64,000 bases of DNA from Poseidonia sp. (GTDB taxonomy: Archaea; Thermoplasmatota; Poseidoniia; Poseidoniales; Poseidoniaceae): the NCBI GenBank assembly GCA_016778305.1, contig JADHPT010000001.1, positions 64,320 through 128,319 of the forward strand, written 5' to 3'. How positions within the stretch are numbered: position 1 is the stretch's first letter; each line of letters starts with the position of its first letter. A program made the position numbers and the translations under genes. The notes below the pieces were generated by a model, which was given only the letters and a program-made list of their open reading frames with translations, did no database searches and had not been told where the DNA came from. Shown here in pieces: positions 41,587 to 51,600 of the stretch.

Positions 41587-44008
41587 AGGGTGGCTTCTCG
41601 ATGTCCACGAGAATGATACGGCAACTGGCATGGTAGCCTGGTTGGTTGACCAACAAGGCAAGGCGCGTGCATGCCATCTTGATTGGACTCCAAAGCTACA
41701 TGTTCACGGAACATCTTCTGCGCTTGAACGCCTTGAACACTGGCTCCAGCAACCCGAAATTACGCAACGTTTCAGCATCGGAGAATTCGGTTTGTGTCGT
41801 GCTCAACTGACCCTCGGGCACAGCGATGTACACGATGTCCTTGAGGTGGAAGTGATGTGTTCACGCCTTCTTCGTGGCCTTGCTCAACACATTGAATCCC
41901 GCGGAGATTTTCATGCATATTCGCTTTATTCTGTAGACGCCCATCATGCGCAACGATTCCTCAATGAGCACGAATGCGTGCCGTTTCAATTCGTGACCTT
42001 TGAAGACGGGCGCCTCCAACCTGCCGTTGATTCACCTGAAACAGGAACTTTCCCAGGTTTTTCAGTCATTCAATTGGACCTCCAGCTTGAATCAACTGGA
42101 GGGCTTGTATCTAAATTGGACCCGATTCAGAGTCTCTCCCTGTCTTCGTTGCACGAACAAGGCTTCGCTGCTTCTCCCAACGTTGACAAAAAGGTTCACC
42201 TTCACCGTTCATCGTTTCCATCAATGGTCGAATATCTCTCGGCCTTTCAAGAGCAGATTGACATTCTTGACCCCGATATCATCGTGACAAGAGGCGGAGA
42301 TCAGCGAATCTTCCCCTGCCTTGAACACCACGCATCTCTGCATGGACTTCAATTGCGACTGGGGCGAAGCGACGAGGGACTTTGTCGTTCAACCAAAGAA
42401 CGAACCGTTCACTCCTACGGACAAACATTGCACAAGCATGGGGCGTATTTTACGAAGGGGCGACTTCATTTGGATTTCGCTAACAGTTTTATCGTTCGCG
42501 AAGGTGGACTTGCTGGTTTGTTTGAACTTGCTCAACATTCACGTCAATCGGCCCAAATCATCTCCAGACTCTCTCCGGGTTCGGTTATCAGCGCCATACA
42601 AATGCGCGTGGCGATGGATGACGGGGTGTTGGTCCCGTGGAAGAAGAACCGGCCCGAAGATACAAAAACAGCTCTTGAATTGCTGCATGCTGATCGAGGA
42701 GGTCTTTACCTTGACAGCCAGGCAGGTGTGCATTCATCCGTCATTGAACTTGATTTTGCAAGCCTTTTCCCGAGCATCATTGCAACGAGGAATATTTCTC
42801 CAGAGACACTCAATTGCTCGTGTTGCCAGCCGCCTGAACATCCGAATGCCACTGGATATGTCCCACTTGATCCGGGTGAAGCCCATACCGAATTTCTGCA
42901 TCGTCGCCTTCGAACCGAATTTGGGCACGGAATGTTCCCGCTCCCGAACGATAAGTCACTGGGCGTACCGGGGCTCAACAGCCATACATGTGGGCGCCAT
43001 CAAGGCTTTCTTGGTCGCGTTGTTTCACCGATTATTGAACGCAGACGGCAATTGAAACAACAACGTGTCGAGAAGGGGGATGCCTTTGATTTACGTCAAA
43101 ATGCATTGAAATGGCTTCTCGTGACTTGTTTTGGTTATACGGGATACCGTAATGCCCGTTTCGGAAGGATCGAGGCTCATGAAGCCATATGTGCTTGGTC
43201 TCGTGACATTCTCCTGACGACGATTGAGATGGCGCATGAAGACGGGTGGGAGGTCCTTCACGCCATTGTGGACTGTGTCTGGTTAACCGATCGGAACGGA
43301 CGCTCGAAAGAGGAGCAAATCAAGGCAGCAAAGGACTTCGCTCATCGTGTTACGAACCATATTGGGATACCTTTGGAATATGAACAGTATTACGAATTTA
43401 TCGCATTTTTACCGAGCAGGATGCACGGTGCGGGTTCACTCACAAAATACTGGGCTTTTGACGGTACGGAATACAAAGTGCGCGGGATTGAATTGCGTCA
43501 ACATTCAACACCGCCTTGGATACGATCACTTCAACAACGTGCGTTGGATTTGCTTTCTACTGGAACTCGTTCCAACGGCCTCCCCGATGTTTCAACACTG
43601 CAACATGTGCTTCAATTCTATCGCGATGAAGTGGCTCGACTTCATGCGAGAACGATTTCACTGGAGCAAGGTGTCATTGCGCGACGGGTTAGCAAAGAAA
43701 TTGAGGGGTACCGCGTCAAAAACCTCACCTATGCAGCCCTTCTTCGTGCACAACAGCGAGGATGTCGCATACCCCCTGGAGGAACCATTCGTTATGTGGT
43801 AGTGAATCAGGCCGCAACATCTCTTCAAGAGCGAGTTCGGTTGGTAGAAGAAATCAGCGACGTACATCTCTCATGCCAACTATGTACAACGCATTATCAT
43901 TCAATAGCAGCGCGTGCTATTTGGGCTATTCTCGCTCCTTTTGGTTGGACGGAATCCATGATTCAACAATCTGGTCATCAAGTAAGCCTGCTTGATTTCC
44001 AACAATAG
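41576..44008 (+). CDS. polB2: Family B DNA polymerase, PolB2 (Dpo2) group with degenerate exonuclease and motif C
   Basis: Motif A ELDFASLFPSII..NISPET, motif B RQNALKWLLVTCFGYTG, motif C HAIVDC (replaces YGDTDS), KVRGIELR, C-terminal QVSLLDF. Confidence 0.88.
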   Translation: MTIEGWLLDVHENDTATGMVAWLVDQQGKARACHLDWTPKLHVHGTSSALERLEHWLQQPEITQRFSIGEFGLCRAQLTLGHSDVHDVLEVEVMCSRLLRGLAQHIESRGDFHAYSLYSVDAHHAQRFLNEHECVPFQFVTFEDGRLQPAVDSPETGTFPGFSVIQLDLQLESTGGLVSKLDPIQSLSLSSLHEQGFAASPNVDKKVHLHRSSFPSMVEYLSAFQEQIDILDPDIIVTRGGDQRIFPCLEHHASLHGLQLRLGRSDEGLCRSTKERTVHSYGQTLHKHGAYFTKGRLHLDFANSFIVREGGLAGLFELAQHSRQSAQIISRLSPGSVISAIQMRVAMDDGVLVPWKKNRPEDTKTALELLHADRGGLYLDSQAGVHSSVIELDFASLFPSIIATRNISPETLNCSCCQPPEHPNATGYVPLDPGEAHTEFLHRRLRTEFGHGMFPLPNDKSLGVPGLNSHTCGRHQGFLGRVVSPIIERRRQLKQQRVEKGDAFDLRQNALKWLLVTCFGYTGYRNARFGRIEAHEAICAWSRDILLTTIEMAHEDGWEVLHAIVDCVWLTDRNGRSKEEQIKAAKDFAHRVTNHIGIPLEYEQYYEFIAFLPSRMHGAGSLTKYWAFDGTEYKVRGIELRQHSTPPWIRSLQQRALDLLSTGTRSNGLPDVSTLQHVLQFYRDEVARLHARTISLEQGVIARRVSKEIEGYRVKNLTYAALLRAQQRGCRIPPGGTIRYVVVNQAATSLQERVRLVEEISDVHLSCQLCTTHYHSIAARAIWAILAPFGWTESMIQQSGHQVSLLDFQQ

Positions 44009-44783
44009 GATCTTCAAGTTGCGAACACATGATCTTCGTATCGGTTGTTCTCATTGGTGTTTGAATTCGAAAACGTGTTTGCTCGTTCTTGGTTGGCATT
44101 GAGAGTGTTCCAAACTGGCCGCTCCGTGGGTGGTAGAGGTGGAGTGTTGCTGTTCTTCCTCTTCGGAGGGTTCGCCCCAGCAGGTGGTTGTGTGCGTGAC
44201 GCCGTATGTAATCGAGACGCCGTTCATGGCGCTTTGATGCTGACGAGGATTCGGTGATGAGAATCACTGCAACTTGCCGTTGATGAGCAATGTTCTCCAG
44301 TAGTTGTACGTGGCGTCTTAGCAATATACGGGATTCCAATGAACCGATGGCATCATCTTCATGCATGGTGAGCAATCCATCAACAACGACGATTGGGGAT
44401 TTGGTGATGGCCAATTCAGATGGTAGACGAGCAAGTTGGCTGTCCAATTGGTGAAGGGTAAAACCCCTGCTAAGGAAAATCCTACTGAGGGACTCGTTTA
44501 TTGGGAGTCCATGTTGCTCAAGAAGTGGAATGAACCGGGCAGGATTCATTCTGCAGGCCCCGTCAATCCAATGAGCCGTTTGCTCATGCTCAATGGCTTG
44601 AACGACCCACTGCTCAACGATGGAGCGCATACGCCCTCCTGAAGCCCCAGGTCCACTGATGTGATAGATTTGTCCAGCCTGCGGTTGAATTTCGTTGAGG
44701 TTGATGGTGGCTGGTTGTTCGACAATGGCGAGATTCTGGTTGGTAGCAAGTATCGGCGTCAGTGTATCCTTCACCATCTCCAT
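43926..44783 (-). CDS. Inactivated RadA/RecA-like protein (ImuA-like)
   Basis: RecA-core pattern GQIYHISG-PGASGGR (no Walker A GKT), WIDGACRMNP, IFLSRGFTLHQ, Walker B IVVVDG, AVILIT; start uncertain. Confidence 0.75.
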   Translation of the reverse strand: MEMVKDTLTPILATNQNLAIVEQPATINLNEIQPQAGQIYHISGPGASGGRMRSIVEQWVVQAIEHEQTAHWIDGACRMNPARFIPLLEQHGLPINESLSRIFLSRGFTLHQLDSQLARLPSELAITKSPIVVVDGLLTMHEDDAIGSLESRILLRRHVQLLENIAHQRQVAVILITESSSASKRHERRLDYIRRHAHNHLLGRTLRRGRTATLHLYHPRSGQFGTLSMPTKNEQTRFRIQTPMRTTDTKIMCSQLEDPIVGNQAGLLDDQIVESWIPSNQKERE

Positions 44784-44884
44784 CAACTGAATGCAACATC
44801 GGGAGTCGTCGTATCTTTCCAACACCCCTTCCTTGAACTGAACCTTGCATCAAGTTCAAACACCTCTGGCGATAGTGCAAGGTC

Positions 44885-46018
44885 GTGCAAACATCAGGCG
44901 ATGCTGGCACTGATTCCACCGAACGAATCATTCTGCATTGCGACCTTGATGCTTTTTTTGCGGCTGTTGAAACATTGCATCACGGCTTGGATGATGCCGT
45001 ACCCTTGGTGATTGGATCGGATCCAAAGCAGGGGAGAGGGAGAGGTATCGTTTCAACATGCAATTACGCAGCGCGAGTCTACGGGATACGTTCTGCAATG
45101 CCCATATCCGAAGCATGGCGCCGATGTCCTGCTGCCCCATTTGGACCGGCACTGTACATTCGTGGAACGCGTGGCCTTTACAGCAGGGCGAGTCGAAAGG
45201 TCATGGACATCTTGCGCGAGAAAACTGATGTCTTTGAACAGGCCAGTATTGACGAAGCCTATTTGGACGTGACAGACCGTGTTGAAGGTGATTGGGACAG
45301 GGCTCTGGCACTAGCGAGAGAGCTCCAACAGAGCATCATGGAAGAATTGAATCTATCAGCATCTTTTGGAATCGGTCCGACCCGAATTATCGCAAAGATG
45401 AGCAGTGAAATTCGCAAACCGCATGGAATTTATCGAGTGATGCCCGATGAGGTTCAGGTCTTTTTCACGGGGCGTAATCTCCGCGAGATACCCGGAATTG
45501 GTCCGAAACGTGCAACGCAATTAGCAGAGTGGGGTTATTCCACTGCGGATGAAGTGCATGAGTTGGGTGAACTTACGCTGGCACGCTTGGCAGGGGAACG
45601 TTTTGCCCATTGGTTCATGGCTTTGTTCGAGGGGGAGAGCAGCAGCACCGTGAGTCCGCTACGGAGTCGGAAGTCAATCGGGAAAGAGCACACGTTCGAG
45701 TCTGATCAAAACGATCATGAAAAAGTCCTTGAATATCTGAAGCAATTGGTTCATACAGTCATGAAAAGGGCCGTTGAATTGGGAGTTTCTGGGCGATTGG
45801 GTGAGGTAAAAATCCGATATACGGGGTTTGAAACGCATACGACCGGACGCAGTATCCCCGTTGCTATGGATGAACTCGATGTATTCCTGCGTTTGGCGAG
45901 TTCATTATTTGCCAATAGCGTGGAATCTGAGGGGACAATCCGATTGATTGGATTCCGTTTAGGTCAACTCGAAGCACCACCTTCTCGTCAGACAGTGCTG
46001 TTTTCCGAGGATGAATAA
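44885..46018 (+). CDS. dinB: Y-family DNA polymerase IV
   Basis: HCDLDAFFAAVE, VSTCNYAARVYGIRSAMP, SIDEAYLD, KPHG, IPGIG, RKSIGKEHTF, IRLIG; acidic catalytic residues intact. Confidence 0.95.
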   Translation: MQTSGDAGTDSTERIILHCDLDAFFAAVETLHHGLDDAVPLVIGSDPKQGRGRGIVSTCNYAARVYGIRSAMPISEAWRRCPAAPFGPALYIRGTRGLYSRASRKVMDILREKTDVFEQASIDEAYLDVTDRVEGDWDRALALARELQQSIMEELNLSASFGIGPTRIIAKMSSEIRKPHGIYRVMPDEVQVFFTGRNLREIPGIGPKRATQLAEWGYSTADEVHELGELTLARLAGERFAHWFMALFEGESSSTVSPLRSRKSIGKEHTFESDQNDHEKVLEYLKQLVHTVMKRAVELGVSGRLGEVKIRYTGFETHTTGRSIPVAMDELDVFLRLASSLFANSVESEGTIRLIGFRLGQLEAPPSRQTVLFSEDE

Positions 46019-46021
46019 CCC

Positions 46022-48514
46022 TCATTCAAGTTGGTGCATCCGCGTGAGCGTGCTCTGGAAGGCAGCTAATTCTTGTGGGATTTCAATTCCTGCAATCGGT
46101 TGATTGAGGGAGATGCCTCGTTCTTTCTTGGTTGCCCAAGTTTGGCTGTTGAATTCCTGGAGGGATGCTGATAGTGCACAGAAACCCTTCGCCTCTTCGC
46201 TCTCCGGGTGGAGTTCAGGAAGTGGGAAGGCTGGGAAGGCATCGACTTCAACAGCGGATGTTTCGTACACGGTACTGCTGATGTGATGGGTGAAGAACGG
46301 GCAGACTGGACTCAATGCAGACATGTAATCTCGAACAATGCGATGGAGTGTCCAAGCTGCTTGGATGTCATCTGCATAGAGGCGGGATTTGACCATCTCA
46401 AGATAGTGACTTGGTAAGAGCCCGGTACCGAATGTCTTCAGTGCTTGTGTTGCGGTGTAGATGTCGAGTGAGGACCACGCTTGTTCAACGGTATTCATGG
46501 TCGATTGGAATTCAGCAAGAATCCAGCGGTCTTCGACAAGAAGGTGATCTGGCTCATCATCAAGGTTTTCAGGTACGTCAAATTGAGATGCAAATCTTGC
46601 TACGTTGAAGAGTTTCGTCAGTACGCCAAAATATTTCTTTTCGATCTCTTCTGGGTTGATTTGGAAATCATCTCCAACTTGTGCATCACATGCTTTCCAG
46701 AGTCTGAAACATTCGCTTCCAATTTTGTTGGCTTGGAGTTTGATGCTACCGTCGGGGCCTTTGACATTCCATGAACCAGTTCGTCCACCGGCACCGCATT
46801 CCAGAACGGAATCTGCATCGATTCCATTGCCTAATGATTTACTCATTTTACGACCCCACGGATCCATTCCGAGTCCGTCAATCCAAACGTGATTAAATCC
46901 GGGTTTATCCAAGAGGAGGGTCGATTTCAGGAGTGTGTAGTAAAGCCATGTTCGGACAATTTCTTTGCCCTGTGGCCGCAATGCAGTAGGGAATGCTTTC
47001 TCAAAGACTTCTGGATGATTTAGGTAGCCACTGACAAAGAGGTTCGAGTTTGAGGAGTCCATCCACGTGTCGAAGACTTTCTCTTCACCCGTTAACGAAC
47101 CGAGCGATGATTTGAGAGCATCGTATGCACCAAGGTCTTCACGAGTATCTCTACTCAATACACGACTACCGCTCGGAGGCGATTCTTTCCAAGGCTGGAC
47201 GTAGGTCCCAGCAGGTGGGACGACGACTCGCTCGTCATCCTCGCTGTACCAAATCGGTATTTCAGTGTGGTACCACCTTCGCCGGCTAATGGGCCAGTCA
47301 ATGCTGATATTGTCCATCCAATCCAGCAAAAATTGGCGGTTGCGCACTGGATGGAATTGAATGTCTTCGATGTGGTCTTTCATTCGGTCTTGAATGTGCG
47401 TCTGCTTGACGTACCATTCCTTTAGGAGAATAATTTCGACTGGGTTTTTTCCACGCTCAGAAACTGGAACATCTTGATCTCTCTCAACTGAATCAACCAA
47501 TCTTCCCTGTTGTTCCAGCAATTCAATGGCTTGCTTTCGTGCTTCCAGCACACTCAAGCCGGAAAGTGGACCTGATAATTCGGTTAATTTCCCCTCAAGG
47601 TCAATCGCCTGGAACGGAGTCAGCCCAAGTTCACGGAATACGGCTACGTCATTTTGGTCACCGAACGAACAAACCATGAGGATGCCAGTTCCAAATTCAG
47701 TTTTCACGGAGGGGTGTGTCATCACGTTTACGTGTGCAGAACGACCATTAACCGGGAGAGGAAGGTGAACTTTTTGTCCAACAAGATGTTTGTATCGTTC
47801 GTCATCCGGGTGCACCACCACCACTCCACATGCACAAATCAATTCCGGACGAGTCGTCGAAATGACCAGTTCTGTTCCATCTTCACAAGTCCACCGAATA
47901 TCTACCAATTTAGTTTTCCGAGGAAGCCGCTCAACTTCTGCGTCCGCAATGGTCGTTCCTTCAACTGGATCGTAGATATTGGGCCGTAAGTCTTCAATGA
48001 TGTCGCCTTTCTTGAACAGTTCGATGAATATGGATTGGGTAACACTCCGATAGTCAGGAGCATCGGTGAGGTATTCTCGTGAAAAGTCGCATGAAAGGCC
48101 AACGCGCTTTGCGGTCTGACGCATGGCCCGGGTGAATTCCTCAATGGTCGTTTTGCACAACTCAAGAAATTCTTCACGATCATAGGTTTTCATTTTGCGC
48201 TTCGTATTTCGTTCTACCGTGAACTCGATATTGATGCCGTTTCGGTCAACGCCCCACGGGAAATAGACTTCCTTCCCCAAGAGTCGTTGGCTTCGTGCAA
48301 TCACGTCAATCATTGAGTATTGAGCGACCGCACCAATATGCCACGTCCCTGAGGGATAAGGTGGTGGGGTGTCAATGACGAAGATTTCCTTTCCCGAATC
48401 AGGTTGAAAACCATAGCGCTGAGCGTATATTCCACCGTTCTCATAGTGGGCTTCTTGGATGGATTTCTCGAGGTCAATCGACCATCTTTTTTCTGGTAAT
48501 TTTGGGGCTGGCAT
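46022..48514 (-). CDS. valS: Valine--tRNA ligase (archaeal type)
   Basis: IDTPPPY.SG..HIGA, TTRPEL, GTGILMVCSFGD, DWPISRRR, DTWMDSS, RPQG.EIVRTW, KMSKS.GN. Confidence 0.95.
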   Translation of the reverse strand: MPAPKLPEKRWSIDLEKSIQEAHYENGGIYAQRYGFQPDSGKEIFVIDTPPPYPSGTWHIGAVAQYSMIDVIARSQRLLGKEVYFPWGVDRNGINIEFTVERNTKRKMKTYDREEFLELCKTTIEEFTRAMRQTAKRVGLSCDFSREYLTDAPDYRSVTQSIFIELFKKGDIIEDLRPNIYDPVEGTTIADAEVERLPRKTKLVDIRWTCEDGTELVISTTRPELICACGVVVVHPDDERYKHLVGQKVHLPLPVNGRSAHVNVMTHPSVKTEFGTGILMVCSFGDQNDVAVFRELGLTPFQAIDLEGKLTELSGPLSGLSVLEARKQAIELLEQQGRLVDSVERDQDVPVSERGKNPVEIILLKEWYVKQTHIQDRMKDHIEDIQFHPVRNRQFLLDWMDNISIDWPISRRRWYHTEIPIWYSEDDERVVVPPAGTYVQPWKESPPSGSRVLSRDTREDLGAYDALKSSLGSLTGEEKVFDTWMDSSNSNLFVSGYLNHPEVFEKAFPTALRPQGKEIVRTWLYYTLLKSTLLLDKPGFNHVWIDGLGMDPWGRKMSKSLGNGIDADSVLECGAGGRTGSWNVKGPDGSIKLQANKIGSECFRLWKACDAQVGDDFQINPEEIEKKYFGVLTKLFNVARFASQFDVPENLDDEPDHLLVEDRWILAEFQSTMNTVEQAWSSLDIYTATQALKTFGTGLLPSHYLEMVKSRLYADDIQAAWTLHRIVRDYMSALSPVCPFFTHHISSTVYETSAVEVDAFPAFPLPELHPESEEAKGFCALSASLQEFNSQTWATKKERGISLNQPIAGIEIPQELAAFQSTLTRMHQLE

Positions 48515-48681
48515 GTGCCTCACCTGGCCCCGCCTCGGTCATTGAGGTGGGTCCAGTTGGTGGGAAGTGGGTCACCATTTCAATCCCTCGCATTCGAATT
48601 CGTCAAATGCTGTCATATCGTTGTGCACAAAGTGGGTAAGGCTTTGAATGAGGCCCACCTCCCGTGAGTTGAGGTGATGAG

Positions 48682-51600
48682 TTGTCAACAGCAGACGAAT
48701 CTTCATCTTCCCCATCAGGACCGGTTGAATCCCCCGGAAACAAGCGAATTGATTCCATTGCAAAGTCCTCTCGTCAAATCCGTGAACAGCTTGCAGGCCA
48801 AATCAAAACTCTTGACTCCAAACGTGCTATTGATGCTGTGCTTGATGCACCAAAGCGTATGAAGAGGGAATGGGAAAAGACGGGCGCTACGGGTGCCATC
48901 ACGAAATTTCCGATTCCCACTATTTTGGTATTTTTACTCCTCACAGTTTATTTTGTAACTCAATCAGGTTTTCTCGACGACACTCAATTTGATGATGACC
49001 CTGAAAATCCAGCCCTCAACGTGAACGGGGATATGGAAGTTTATTTGCCAGATGGTAGCAAAGTCGCTGAACTGATCAGCAAAGTTGAGGAAGATTGGTC
49101 AACCAATGTCATGGTCGTCTACATTGAATCTTCAAAGCAGAATATTACGCAGCAACGAATTCTTCAAGAAATTAGTTATGTTGAAAATATCCTCAATCCT
49201 TACCTTTCAGATGACTCAGACGACGTCATCTATATCTTATCTCTCTCTACGGTACTCAAAGAAGTTAATTCAAGCGCTCCACGAATTCGTGAAGCAATCG
49301 TAACTGAGATCGGAGAACTCGGATGCGCTAACCAGAATGATGATTGTGCCTCTCGCTCCCTTGCAGAGGAAGTCAACGATGCCTTTGCGCTCACTGACGA
49401 AGAACTCGGAGGCTCATATGAGGTCCCAAGTCAAACGACCATTGACCTTGTGATTGGCGAGATGTATGAGGAAGACGGTTCTCCATCTTCTGGTTTGGAC
49501 AAATTGGCCAGGGATATTGAAGGTGGTGAAGACGGAGGACCTGACGGTATTCTTGACCGAGCCATCATGGCCATCGCAGTCACCGAATCAAGACCAGCAA
49601 AGGACATCATTGAAGATACTCAGGAAATGTTGGATACCATTTCGAAGATGGAACGCCCGTGTGAATTCACGGAAAACGGTGATCCAGCAGACAACCGAGT
49701 GTGCGATTGGGAAGAACTCGGATTATCCATGGTGTTAACTGGACCCGTTCCTATCACCAACGCAGTGACTGAATTCTCATTCAGACTCTTTTGGGAAATT
49801 TTCCCGATGGCTGTTCTTTTGGTCGCCATCGGATTGTTCATTTTCCACTCTGATTTACTCCAAACAGGATTGACAGGTATGCGCCCACTGCAAGGGTTCA
49901 AGGTATTGGTGATTGCAGGCCTACCGACGTTATGTGCGGTCTTTTGGACGCTTGGGATACTGGGGGCGACGAATTATGAAGTCACGATGACAGTCATCAT
50001 TGTCGGACCTATTTTACTCGCGTTGGGGGTATCATATGGACTGCATATTACCAATCGTTACGCAGAGGAAGAAGGAACACGCGATGAGAAAATGCGTGCA
50101 TCCCTTTCATCGACTGGCCGTGCAGTTTTCCTGTCAGCAGTGACAACCGTCATTGGTTTTATTTCGCTTGTGTTTACGCCAATGGCGCCCATACAAACAG
50201 TTGGCATTGCCCTCTCAGGTGGTATTGTGGTGGTCTATTTCCTCACGATGTTCATGGTGCCAAACCTCACACTCATCCTCGACCTCAAAAAGCCAAAACA
50301 TCCCCCGCTCAAGGCTTTTGATGTTCTCGTAGAAGTACCTTTAAGATACAACAAAGGGGTCATCGGCGTCTTCCTCCTACTGATCCTTGTTTCGGCCACA
50401 GTGGGCCAAGCGAATGTGGAAGAGAACATCGATCTTCTCGGAATGGCTCCCGAAGGTGAATCCTCGGTTGTCAAGATGAAACAGTACTCTCAAGAGTTTG
50501 AGGCAGGACAAGTTGGCATGGTTCTCGTCAATGCAAATGTAAGCGGTGACAGCAATGACAACGATAACACCAATGATGATCCTGTAGAATTATTGACCCA
50601 AATCAATACATTGGAAGCATCACTCAATAATATTGAAAATACAACAGCAGTTTCCGTTGTCTTTTTGATGAAATCCTCAGGTATTCAGGTGACTGTTTCG
50701 GGTGAACAATTCAACGAGTTCATCCAACAGGTGCCTTGTGCTGGCTCAGAACAATGTGAGGATGTGAAGACAACAGCCGAAGTCCTTCTGAATCAAAGCC
50801 AATCCATAGATGGTTCCTTTTGGGACCTGTTAACACGGCCTGGTGACTTCGGTTTGCCGGGGTCCCAACAAAGCGAAATTTTCTTGCTTGATGTGTTTTA
50901 TGCATCGCTTACCAAGGAAACACGTGAAATCTTCATCAGTAGCGATTACAGTCGCTCTTTGATTTATGTTGACATGCCCTTTATCCCAGTCGCTGATACT
51001 TCAAAAAGTGTGGATCTCGTCAACGAACGAACGTCAAGCTTCACCGGCCTTCACGGGGAAACTGCGGAAGATTTGACAGGTGTTGCTGCAACGGCCATTG
51101 AAGTAAACGAATTGATCGTTGGCTCTCAGTGGACCTCACTTGGTTTCGCAATTATCCTCACGCTCATTACCTTGGCCGTTGTGTTCAGAGACATCCGGTA
51201 CTCCATCTGGACGACATCGCCTGTGATTGCCACGGTTGCTCTCCAATGGCTCGTCATGTGGCAAATGGATGTTCCACTCTCCCTAGTTACAGTGATGATT
51301 GGTTCGATTCTCGTTGGAGTTGGCGTTGACTTCTCAATTCACATTGCCAATCGCATTCGTGAACTTGGTGGAGGTATTGATGCAATACGAAGCGCTGCTG
51401 TTGGAACGGGCATGTCCTTGTTTGAAGCAGCGGTGGTCACTTCCCTTGGAATGTTCACTGCTTACAATATCCCAATCCCGGAAATCCAGCCATTTATCAC
51501 CGTCATTCTCATTCTTCTTTGGGTCGCTGCAGCAAGTGCGTTGATCCTCCTCCCTGCTATTTTTGTAACGCTGGAAAAAATGGGCATTGGTGCTGTAAGC

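Noticed and set aside
42321-43055. 244-aa alternative-frame ORF inside polB2
   Set aside because: The polB2 frame is continuous with all motifs, so there is no need for a frameshift or overprinted gene.
41576-44008. polB2 as a pseudogene
   Set aside because: The ORF is intact, the motif changes match the PolB2 subfamily pattern, and the PIP-like tail is retained.
44833-44859. LexA/SOS box (GAAC...GTTC)
   Set aside because: The spacing does not match GAAC-N4-GTTC, and the repeat is better explained as two divergent core promoters.
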